This document shows, piece after piece, positions 56,062 through 64,000 of a DNA stretch of 64,000 nt (positions are counted from its first letter, which is position 1; every line of letters begins with the position of its first letter). Position numbers and translations under genes: made by a program. The notes under the pieces are model-generated. The model saw only the letters and a program-made list of their open reading frames with translations. It was not told where the DNA came from and ran no database searches. The stretch covers positions 625,114 to 689,113 of the forward strand of contig CAVQGN010000003.1 in the NCBI GenBank assembly GCA_963712055.1, in the 5' to 3' direction. This stretch comes from an uncultured Chloroflexia bacterium (GTDB lineage: Bacteria > Chloroflexota > Chloroflexia > Thermomicrobiales > UBA6265).

Positions 56062-57024
56062 ATGGGACGGTACATTCTGCGGCGTTTGCTGATCAGTATC
56101 CCGGTGCTCTTCGGGATCACCATGGTGTCGTACTTCATCGTAAGTCTGGCGCCTGGTGATCCTGTTTCCGCCATGGTCAATCCCGAGCAGATTTCGGCAC
56201 TCGGCCCTGGCTGGCTAGATGAACGCCGCGAAGAACTCGGGCTCAATGATCCAATTCCAGTCCGCTACGGCAAATGGTTGTCTGAGGTCGTCCAGGGAAA
56301 TCTGGGCTATTCCTATACTGATCGCCAACCGATTGCGGATAAAATCGAAGAACGGATCTGGCCAACCCTCAAACTCATGATGACGGTTCAAATCCTGGCG
56401 CTGACCATCGCCATCCCGATCGGAATCCTTTCCGCGGTCAGGCAGTATTCGTTTCTCGATTATGCCGCGACGGTCTTCGGATTTGCGGCGATCTCGATTC
56501 CGGCGTTTTTTCTCGCGCTGGCCGCAATCTATGTCTTTTCGATCAAACTCGGCTGGTTGCCCAGCGCCGGTATGTCGACGATCGGCCAGGAACCATCGCT
56601 GGCGGATTCCATTGAACATCTGATCCTGCCAGCCACGGTGCTCGGGTTGGGACAAGCCGCGCCGTTGATCCGCTATACCCGTTCGAGCATGCTCGAAACC
56701 GTGCGCCAGGACTATGTCCGGGTCGCCCGCGCCAAGGGACTGTCGGAAACCTCGGTCATTGGTCGGCATGCGCTCCGGAACGCGCTGATTCCCCTGGCGA
56801 CCATTGTGGCGCTCTCGCTGCCGGCCCTGCTCGGCGGAACAGTCATCATCGAACAGGTTTTCGCCTGGCCTGGCATGGGCACGCTCGCGATCAAAGCGGT
56901 GCGCGCGCGCGACTATCCGGTCATCATGGCGATCAACCTGATCGGCGCAGTCGCGGTCGTGGTCAGCAGTTTGATCGCTGACATCTTCTATGCCTGGATC
57001 GATCCACGGGTTTCCTATTCATGA
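56062..57024 (+). CDS. ABC transporter permease (DppB/OppB-like)
   Basis: MGRYILRRLLISIPVLFGITMVSYF is the classic DppB N-terminus, and the EAA loop region (YVRVARAKGLSE) is present. Confidence 0.9.
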   Translation: MGRYILRRLLISIPVLFGITMVSYFIVSLAPGDPVSAMVNPEQISALGPGWLDERREELGLNDPIPVRYGKWLSEVVQGNLGYSYTDRQPIADKIEERIWPTLKLMMTVQILALTIAIPIGILSAVRQYSFLDYAATVFGFAAISIPAFFLALAAIYVFSIKLGWLPSAGMSTIGQEPSLADSIEHLILPATVLGLGQAAPLIRYTRSSMLETVRQDYVRVARAKGLSETSVIGRHALRNALIPLATIVALSLPALLGGTVIIEQVFAWPGMGTLAIKAVRARDYPVIMAINLIGAVAVVVSSLIADIFYAWIDPRVSYS

Positions 57025-57951
57025 CGGCAGTCGCAACCCCACCGATCGACCCGGATTCCGTTACGCCGTCGGCGCTCAGCGCTCTGGCAGCGGGCGATGT
57101 AGTCAAACCACGGGCATCTGCCTGGAAACGTTTTCGCCGACACAAACTGGCGATGATCGGGATGATCATTCTGACGGTTCTCGTCGTTGTTTCCTACGGT
57201 GCTCGCTTCTTCACCTCGTATTCACCGTCGGCCGTCGATCTGAGCGCCTATCGCCTCGGACCGAGTCGGGATCACCTGGCTTGGCACCGATACCGCCGGG
57301 CGCGATGTCTATACCCGTCTCCTGTATGGCGGTCGCGTCTCACTCTCGGTCGGATTGATCGCAGTTTCGATCTACACCAGTATTGGAATCATGCTCGGAG
57401 CACTGGCGGGATATTTCGGCGGTTGGGTTGATTCCTTCATCATGCGTCTGGCTGACGTCGTGATGTCCTTCCCGACCCTGATCATCATCATCACTCTGGC
57501 GGCTGCACTGGGTCCGAGTATCTACAACACGATGCTGGCGATCGGGCTGCTCGGATGGCCACCAATCGCGCGGTTGCTCCGCGGCGAACTCCTCTCCTTG
57601 CGAGAACGGGAGTTTGCGATCGGCGCCCGAGCCGTGGGCTGCGGAAATGCCCGCTTGATGTTTCGGCATCTCCTGCCTAATGCGATGGCGCCAGTTCTGG
57701 TTGCCGCCACCTTTGGCATCGCCTACGCGATCCTGATCGAAGCGGGCCTCAGTTTTCTCGGTCTCGGCGTGCAACCGCCAACCTCGAGTTGGGGGAACAT
57801 GCTGACCGACGCGCAATCACTGACCGTGCTCGAATCGATGCCCTGGCTCTGGCTTCCACCCGGTTTGATGATCGCGCTGGCCGTGCTCTCGATCAATTTT
57901 ATCGGCGACGGCTTGCGGGACGCCTTCGATCCCTACATGGCCAATCGCTAG
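57021..57951 (+). pseudogene. ABC transporter permease (DppC/OppC-like), interrupted by a 1-nt frameshift near 57278-57283
   Basis: Frame A reads ...AWKRFRRHKLAMIGMIIL...PSRDHLA. The conserved LGTDTAGRDVYTRLLYGGRVSLSVGL and the rest of the protein continue in frame +1. This may be a sequencing error. Confidence 0.8.
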
Positions 57952-57970
57952 TTGTAACGAATCATCAGAT

Positions 57971-59347
57971 TCAGTCAGCGGCGACCGGAACAACATTCTG
58001 GTTGATCCGAAAGACGTTTCCGGGATCGTACGTCTGTTTAACCTGCTGCAATCTGGCGAAGGTTTCAGATCCATAAGCGGAGGCAGCGATTCGGTCTGAT
58101 TCATCGTCGCCCAGATAGTTGACGTACACCGCATCTTGCGCCCACGGCTGCATCGATTGCCAAACCTTCCGCCCCCAGGCGATGTTGCGGTCATCTTCGT
58201 CAGGGTCGTTCCAGACCCCCAGTGACAGCAAGTTGAACGGAGCGCTCCTGTGCGGATAAGCCGTTGCGCCCACTGGCGTATCGAAGACAGCTCCGCCGAA
58301 CTGTTCGATCAGAATCGCCGAGTGCGGTGACGGCACATCCTCGAAATTCGCGATCATCGAGTCGATCCCCTCATCCGTCAGTTCGTTCAGGAAACTCGAC
58401 TTCCAGTAAGACCGAGGTCCGGCAGGGTATCCGGCATCGAGCAGCTTCTGGTGGTCCACATACGGGACTGGACCGACGAGATCAGCCACTGGTGGTCCGA
58501 AATCGCGGAGGGGTTGGATGAGCCGTTCACCTTCAGCGATTTCTCCATTGTAGAAAACGATATTGCCGCAGACCTTGTTGCCATCAGGTGCAGTCAGCAA
58601 TCCCGCATACACCGTCAACTCGTTCGGAATACCCGGGACAAAATCACGATAGAAGCGAAGCACGTCGCCGGCGCGCTGCGCCGGGTGGAGAAGAAGCCCT
58701 GCCAACACGGTGGTTGCTGGATGCAACCGGAACGTGAACTCCGTGACGACACCGAAGTTGCCACCGCCACCGCGGATTCCCCAGAAGAGGTCGGGGTTCT
58801 CGGTTTCGCTGGCGACAAGGATCGATCCATCAGCAGTGACGACCCTGGCCGAGACGAGATTGTCACAGGACATGCCGTGCATGCGCGAGAGCCAGCCGAA
58901 ACCGCCACCGAGGGTCAGACCGCCGACACCGGTGGTTGAAACGACGCCGCCGACCGCGTGGAGACCAAATGGATCGGTGGCAGCATCGAGCTCTCCCCAG
59001 GTCAGCCCTCCTCCTGCCCGCACCAGTCTTGCCTCGGAATCGATATCGATCGTGTCGAGTCCCGCGAGGTCGATCACGACACCGCCGTCACAGACTGATT
59101 TTCCAGCAACGTTGTGACCACCGCCTCGGACAGCGAGAGGCACCCCGGTGTCAGCTGCCGCCGCGATTGCCCGCACGACATCTGCTTCGGAGGCACACTC
59201 GACCACGACTGCAGGATGCTTATCGATCATGCCGTTCCAGACCTTACGGGCCTCTTCGTATCCTGTATCCCCGGGAAATATCGACCGACCGTCGATGCCT
59301 TTCAACCGCGCCTGCAATTGATGACTGATCTGATCCGAAGCTTGCAT
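57971..59347 (-). CDS. FAD-linked oxidase (berberine-bridge-enzyme-like)
   Basis: The FAD_binding_4 motif is AVRGGGHNVAGKS, and the C-terminal BBE motif is YVNY...YDPGNVFRINQNV. Confidence 0.85.
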   Translation of the reverse strand: MQASDQISHQLQARLKGIDGRSIFPGDTGYEEARKVWNGMIDKHPAVVVECASEADVVRAIAAAADTGVPLAVRGGGHNVAGKSVCDGGVVIDLAGLDTIDIDSEARLVRAGGGLTWGELDAATDPFGLHAVGGVVSTTGVGGLTLGGGFGWLSRMHGMSCDNLVSARVVTADGSILVASETENPDLFWGIRGGGGNFGVVTEFTFRLHPATTVLAGLLLHPAQRAGDVLRFYRDFVPGIPNELTVYAGLLTAPDGNKVCGNIVFYNGEIAEGERLIQPLRDFGPPVADLVGPVPYVDHQKLLDAGYPAGPRSYWKSSFLNELTDEGIDSMIANFEDVPSPHSAILIEQFGGAVFDTPVGATAYPHRSAPFNLLSLGVWNDPDEDDRNIAWGRKVWQSMQPWAQDAVYVNYLGDDESDRIAASAYGSETFARLQQVKQTYDPGNVFRINQNVVPVAAD

Positions 59348-59514
59348 GAGTTGCCCTTTCTGATAGACGCCCTTTGGGATACTGTTGCTCCCGCGGGCAC
59401 GTAAAGGATCGAATAGTGAGAAGAGACAAGATCATTACCTGACACTCGACTCAGGACATATCAGGGTCGAGAGCAGCTGACCTTGATCGTTCGAGTTACC
59501 AGGCGACGGCTAGG

Positions 59515-60036
59515 CTAGAACGGATACCCCTTGAGTCCCTGCAGGCCCTTGACCGATGAGATCTCACCCGTGTGCATGGCGGTGTCAAGCAACAGAATAT
59601 CGAGCATCATGGAAAGCGGCTGCGTCCCCATTTCGAACGCTGACATATCGAGGTCGCTATCGAGGTCGGCATCGGTGAGACCAGCCAGGTAGGCATCCGT
59701 TGCGGCATAGACAGCCTGGGCATATGCATGGGCTTCTTCCATATTGATGGTTGTCGAGCGCGCCCATTCAGACCAATCACCCTGCGGAGCAGGTTCAGGC
59801 GTACCGATCTTGCCAGCAAATTCGCCTGCCATCAACGGCATCTTGCCCTGGAGCATTCCGTTGATTATCGCGTCTTCTCCCTGAACATGGTGAGCGTAAT
59901 GAGCGCCAGCCGGCATCGCCTTCCCCTCCGGGCAGTAACACGCTTGTTCGGTGCTGATTCCAGCAATCGTTCCTTCGAGCCATTCGTGGGCCATGCCGTA
60001 AATCCGTCGATATCCCTCGACACGTGTTGTTGACAT
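59515..60036 (-). CDS. DinB-family (DinB_2) four-helix-bundle protein
   Basis: 173 aa with a His-rich metal triad pattern (AHYAHHVQGED ... HTGEIS) typical of DinB/YfiT-like proteins. Confidence 0.7.
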   Translation of the reverse strand: MSTTRVEGYRRIYGMAHEWLEGTIAGISTEQACYCPEGKAMPAGAHYAHHVQGEDAIINGMLQGKMPLMAGEFAGKIGTPEPAPQGDWSEWARSTTINMEEAHAYAQAVYAATDAYLAGLTDADLDSDLDMSAFEMGTQPLSMMLDILLLDTAMHTGEISSVKGLQGLKGYPF

Positions 60037-60218
60037 CGTGATCCCTCCTGGGTAACAAGTGATACAGGTAAACCTACTGCTTTCGCCTCGTTGCTTTTTT
60101 CCGCTTGACTGTTCGTTTCCTACGGTAGCAGAAAGAGGCGGTTTTTGGGAGACGTGTCGATTTGTTTCATTCTTCTGGGAGTTCTACCTCTAACCGATCT
60201 CTCGAACGCCCTTGACTC

Positions 60219-61301
60219 TCAGGACGGCAACATGATGTCCCGCTCCCGCAGCCGAAAGAAGTGGCTGCACATTTCGCCATCGTCGTCGACGTAGGTGTGC
60301 AAAGTGGCCACGTACTCTCCATCACCAAGCGGTTCCATATCGGGATACCCGCAAAAATAGCCAGGATCGTGCGGAGCATCCGACGGTGCAGCATAGAGCT
60401 GACCAACCCAGTGCCAGCTTGCCCCTCCATTGGACGACATGGCCAGGCTTACCCCTCGCCGAGCCGGATCCTCATCGCGATAGAGGCAGGTCAGCAGGCC
60501 CGATTCGAGTCGATTGAGTTTGAAATTCGCTCCCTCGAAACCAGTTGGACGCATCGGGGACCAGGTACGACCGTCATTCTCGGACCAGGTCGCAAACGTG
60601 CCGCCGTGGGCGTGTTCACGCAGCACGCAGAGGAGACGCCCATCAGCAAGCCGGACGATATCGCCATCACTGAACGCCTGATTTTCACCTGTGGCGATCA
60701 GAATGGGATCGGAATAGGCGTCCGCGTCACAATCAGAATAGGTGAGCCCCATCCGCCACTCCCGGTCGCGCTCCTGGGTCCCGGCTACCGCCCAGAGCAA
60801 GCGACCGTCTTCCAACGCAATCGGATTACTGGCTCCGTAGAACTCACTCCACGAGGGAAAGATGTTGATGTCCTCGGTGGGAGCGGACCAGGTCTCCCCT
60901 TCGTCACCACTATCAGTAGTGGTGGTGAACCAGTCGGCACCAAACGGTTGCTTCCCTCCCAACTCAGGTGAGAACTGATATCGGCCAAGGATGATTCTGA
61001 GGCGACCATCTGGAAGGAGGCATGGTCCACCAGTTGCGAAACAATCCCATCCCGGCACAGCAAACAGACAGCGCGGTTCAGACCAGCTTCTGCCCCGGTT
61101 ATCTGACATCGTTAGCATGAGCACGCCATCGTTCTTGCGTGGCATCGATCCCTGCATGAAGGTGACCAGGATCCGACCAGACGCCAGCACCTGCAACCCG
61201 CAGAAGTGGCGCCGGACCGCTTTTCCTTCTGCAAAGAGCGTACGCGCGTCGATTACTTCCAGTGGTGACGAGCTCAGCAATGCATGACGAGGAACGTTCA
61301 T
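60219..61301 (-). CDS. BNR/Asp-box repeat (sialidase-like beta-propeller) protein, no signal peptide
   Basis: Four Asp-boxes are present: SDNRGRSW, SGDEGETW, SENDGRTW and SSNGGASW. Confidence 0.75.
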   Translation of the reverse strand: MNVPRHALLSSSPLEVIDARTLFAEGKAVRRHFCGLQVLASGRILVTFMQGSMPRKNDGVLMLTMSDNRGRSWSEPRCLFAVPGWDCFATGGPCLLPDGRLRIILGRYQFSPELGGKQPFGADWFTTTTDSGDEGETWSAPTEDINIFPSWSEFYGASNPIALEDGRLLWAVAGTQERDREWRMGLTYSDCDADAYSDPILIATGENQAFSDGDIVRLADGRLLCVLREHAHGGTFATWSENDGRTWSPMRPTGFEGANFKLNRLESGLLTCLYRDEDPARRGVSLAMSSNGGASWHWVGQLYAAPSDAPHDPGYFCGYPDMEPLGDGEYVATLHTYVDDDGEMCSHFFRLRERDIMLPS

Positions 61302-61322
61302 AAGATTCGTCCTTCTGGTTTG

Positions 61323-62387
61323 CTATCGCTCACGTAGTCGCAAGAACTGGATGCACATTTCTCCATCGTCATCTGCGTAGGTATGAAGGGTGACCGCATA
61401 TTCCCCGTTTCCAAGCGACTCCATGTCCGGGCAACCGCCAAAATAGCCGGGAAGATGCGGTGTATCGCTCGGCGCGGCGTAAAGTCGCCCAGCCCAGTCC
61501 CAGCTCTCGCCTTCATCCGCCGAAACCGCCAGGCTGACCCCCCGCCGTTCTGGATCTTCGTCCCGATAGAGACAGGTGATCAAACCAGATTCGAGGCGGT
61601 TGAGTTTGAAACCAGCGCCGACGAATCCGATTGGCTGCAACGCAGACCAGGTCTGACCATCGTTCCCGGACCGTGAAACCATCGTACCGCCATGAAGATG
61701 CTCCCGGACTATACAAAGGAAGCGGCCGTCTCTGAGTTCAATGATGTCACCATCGCCAAATCCCATATCGGGTGCTGCGGCAACGATCACCGGTGCTGAA
61801 TAGGTCTCTCCGGACGAATCCGAAAAGGTCACGCCCACTCTCCAGTCGAGATCGCGATCCTGGGTCCCGGAAACTGCCCACATCAATCGGCCATCTCGAA
61901 GGTGAACCGGGTTGCTACCACCATAAAACTCGTTCCATCCCGGGAAGATCTTGATGTCCGCTGTTGGCTGTGACCAGGTTTCGCCACCATCGAAACTCTC
62001 GGTCGAGGTCGTAAACCATTCCTCCCCAAACGGTTGCGAGCCACCGAGTTCGGGTTGAAACTGATATCGCCCCATGTAGAGTCGTAGTCGACCATCAGGA
62101 AGCAGGCAGGCGCCGCCGGTCGCGAAGCAATCCCATCCCGGGACCGCGAGCAACGTTCTGGGACGTGACCAACTCTCACCGCGATCATCAGAAACGGACA
62201 GCATCAGCACACCATCATTCTGCCTGGGCATCGTTCCGTACATGAACGTGAGCAGAATTCTCCCTGAGGAGTGAACCTGGAGTCCGCCAAAGTGACGCCG
62301 GACATTGGTTCCCTGGGCGAAAAGCGTCTGCGCGTGGGTGACTTCGAGGGGTGAGGAGTCCAGCAGCAACGGTCGCGGATCGTTCAT
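61323..62387 (-). CDS. BNR/Asp-box repeat (sialidase-like) protein, tandem paralogue
   Basis: It is collinear with the downstream paralogue over its full length. Asp-boxes are SDDRGESW, SFDGGETW, SGNDGQTW and SADEGESW. Confidence 0.75.
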   Translation of the reverse strand: MNDPRPLLLDSSPLEVTHAQTLFAQGTNVRRHFGGLQVHSSGRILLTFMYGTMPRQNDGVLMLSVSDDRGESWSRPRTLLAVPGWDCFATGGACLLPDGRLRLYMGRYQFQPELGGSQPFGEEWFTTSTESFDGGETWSQPTADIKIFPGWNEFYGGSNPVHLRDGRLMWAVSGTQDRDLDWRVGVTFSDSSGETYSAPVIVAAAPDMGFGDGDIIELRDGRFLCIVREHLHGGTMVSRSGNDGQTWSALQPIGFVGAGFKLNRLESGLITCLYRDEDPERRGVSLAVSADEGESWDWAGRLYAAPSDTPHLPGYFGGCPDMESLGNGEYAVTLHTYADDDGEMCIQFLRLRER

Positions 62388-62464
62388 GGCAACACCTCCG
62401 GACAGGTTGACGACACGACTAGAAGCAATATGTCGCCAACTGACTCAACGAGCCATTCGTCTAC

Positions 62465-63892
62465 TCACGCCAAAGGCGCGATCACTGTCGGCCAGCTATC
62501 CCATGGGCGCACCTGTTCGAGAACCGCGGCGGCCTGGAACACTGACACGTCATCGAAGGTCCGTCCAACCAGCTGAACACCGGTTGGGACTCCTTCGCTG
62601 GAGAAACCGGACGGCACGCTCATGACCGGGTTGCGACTGCAGATATTGAAAGGAACTGTCATCGTGTGGACATACCCATCCCGCTGCTGAACTCCGTCGA
62701 TAAACGGACCACCGTCGAGATAGTCACGGCCTGCTTCAAGCGCTGGTAACGCGAGGGTCGGACAAATCAGAAGTCGATACTCCTCCAAGGCGTTGCCCAG
62801 CGGTGCGTAAATCCGTCCTTCGTTGTCCAAGCCTTCAAGAAACGACATCGTGTGGTCATTAGTCTGTTGAGCAAAAGAGAGGGCATAGGTCGTCAGGAGA
62901 TCGGCGTGCTCCGCCGCGATAGATTGGACATAGGGACCGAAAATTGCGGCAAAGTGCGCCATCGAAGTCGCAATCAGTTCGTCCCGCCGCCAAGGGAGGT
63001 CGATTTCCTCGACGATCGCGCCGGCGTCGACGAAGGCTTCCGCGACCGCTCGCGTGTTTTTCTCGACCGCAGGATCGAGCGGCCAATCGCCCAGATGGAG
63101 ACAGAGCGCGATCTTCCAGCCTCGGACATCGCCGAGTTCGGCTGGAATCTCGATCTTCGGCCGGATCGAAACCGCATCGTTCGGATGTGGACCGGCGATC
63201 ACGTTTTCGAAGAGCGCGCAGTCAGCCACCGTGCGCGCGAGCGGACCTTCATGACAGTAGTGATCGAGATTGAAAGGGGGGTCCTGGGGCACACGACCAT
63301 ACGGCGGCTTGAACCCGACGACCCCGCAACACGACGCCGGAATGCGGATACTTCCGCCAATGTCCGATCCACCCGCCAGTGTGCTCGTCCCAGAAGCGAG
63401 CGACGCGCCAGCACCACCCGATGATCCACCGACATCGTAAAAGGGATTCCAGGGATTGCGCGTGATCCCGAACAAGCGCGAATGGGTAAACGCGGCACAG
63501 GAAAACTCCGGACAGGTAGTGCGGGCGTGGATAATGGCACCTGCCGCCAGCATCCGCTCCGCCAGAGGGGCATCGTGACCGCCGATCTCGTCCTGGTAGA
63601 CCAGCGATGCTCCGGTCACCGGTTGTCCAGCGACGGCCATTTCTTCCTTGATCCCGACCGCGATCCCTTCCATTGGGCGAGGTGCTTGCCCGTTGCCCAT
63701 GTAGCGCGATTCTGCCTTCTTCGCCGCGTCCATTGCTTCGTCGTAAAACGTGAACGTCAGCGCGTTGACCGTCGGTTCGACCGCTTCGGCACGCGCGATC
63801 AACGCGTCAAGGAGTTCGACTGGCGAAAGCGACTTGTTCCGAAACCGCACCAACGCTTCGGTAGCGGACAGATAACATAGATCGGTTGACAT
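62465..63892 (-). CDS. amidase (amidase-signature family, GatA-like)
   Basis: The amidase signature GGSSGGAGASLASG...GGSIRIPAS is present. The start at ATG 63892 (MSTDLCYLSATEAL) lies internal to the track ORF. Confidence 0.9.
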   Translation of the reverse strand: MSTDLCYLSATEALVRFRNKSLSPVELLDALIARAEAVEPTVNALTFTFYDEAMDAAKKAESRYMGNGQAPRPMEGIAVGIKEEMAVAGQPVTGASLVYQDEIGGHDAPLAERMLAAGAIIHARTTCPEFSCAAFTHSRLFGITRNPWNPFYDVGGSSGGAGASLASGTSTLAGGSDIGGSIRIPASCCGVVGFKPPYGRVPQDPPFNLDHYCHEGPLARTVADCALFENVIAGPHPNDAVSIRPKIEIPAELGDVRGWKIALCLHLGDWPLDPAVEKNTRAVAEAFVDAGAIVEEIDLPWRRDELIATSMAHFAAIFGPYVQSIAAEHADLLTTYALSFAQQTNDHTMSFLEGLDNEGRIYAPLGNALEEYRLLICPTLALPALEAGRDYLDGGPFIDGVQQRDGYVHTMTVPFNICSRNPVMSVPSGFSSEGVPTGVQLVGRTFDDVSVFQAAAVLEQVRPWDSWPTVIAPLA

Positions 63893-64000
63893 GAGCCTTC
63901 TTTCGTCGTGGGCGAATCCTGCGCTGATTCTACGGCAACTCTGGTGGCAACCAATGCAGAGCAAACCGTCTCCATTGTGAGAATCCTTCCAGGCGGTTGA

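Noticed and set aside
60060-60218. Possible terminator or sRNA in the T-rich gap downstream of the BNR genes
   Set aside because: I could not find a convincing stem. Only 4-bp CCGC/GCGG complementarity flanks the T-runs.

Overview
High-GC bacterial chromosomal segment, densely coding on both strands. It looks origin-proximal: dnaA lies at 3.7-5.2 kb, and two perfect copies of the consensus parS palindrome TGTTTCACGTGAAACA lie at 1.0 and 1.5 kb. I found no DnaA-box cluster and there is no adjacent dnaN. Most of the window is housekeeping, metabolic and transport genes: prs, dcd, ndk, dnaA, a TerC-family protein, heme O synthase, NDH-2, glutaminase, an enolase-like gene, three mandelate-racemase-type enzymes, several VOC and PPOX-like proteins, MFS and TauE transporters, and a dpp-like importer. 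Many long ORFs in the supplied track are antisense or out-of-frame GC artefacts, and many true starts lie internal to the listed ORFs. I re-derived starts from SD motifs and ATGA/GTGA/TGATG overlaps. The parts worth a second look are: (1) an AT-richer five-gene translationally coupled operon at 48.1-52.9 kb, made of a small secreted Cys2 protein, a lipoprotein with an internally duplicated domain carrying EF-hand-like loops, a hairpin-less membrane-fusion adaptor and a MacB/FtsX-type ABC transporter. This is my best candidate for an undescribed secretion or immunity module. (2) A YhaO/YhaN (SbcF/SbcE)-like nuclease plus a membrane-anchored SMC-like ATPase with an unassigned C-terminal extension of about 250 aa. 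(3) A divergent enolase paralogue coupled to an APH/MTR-kinase-like gene. (4) A roughly 80-nt inverted duplication of an SDR gene 5' end, about 19.8 kb from the intact copy, fused to a Cys-rich ORF. (5) A decayed hyuA/hyuB region beside an orphan copZ with a CsoR-type operator. (6) Four apparent single-gene frameshifts. I found no rRNA, tRNA, CRISPR array, transposase or integrase. The taxon cannot be assigned from sequence alone.
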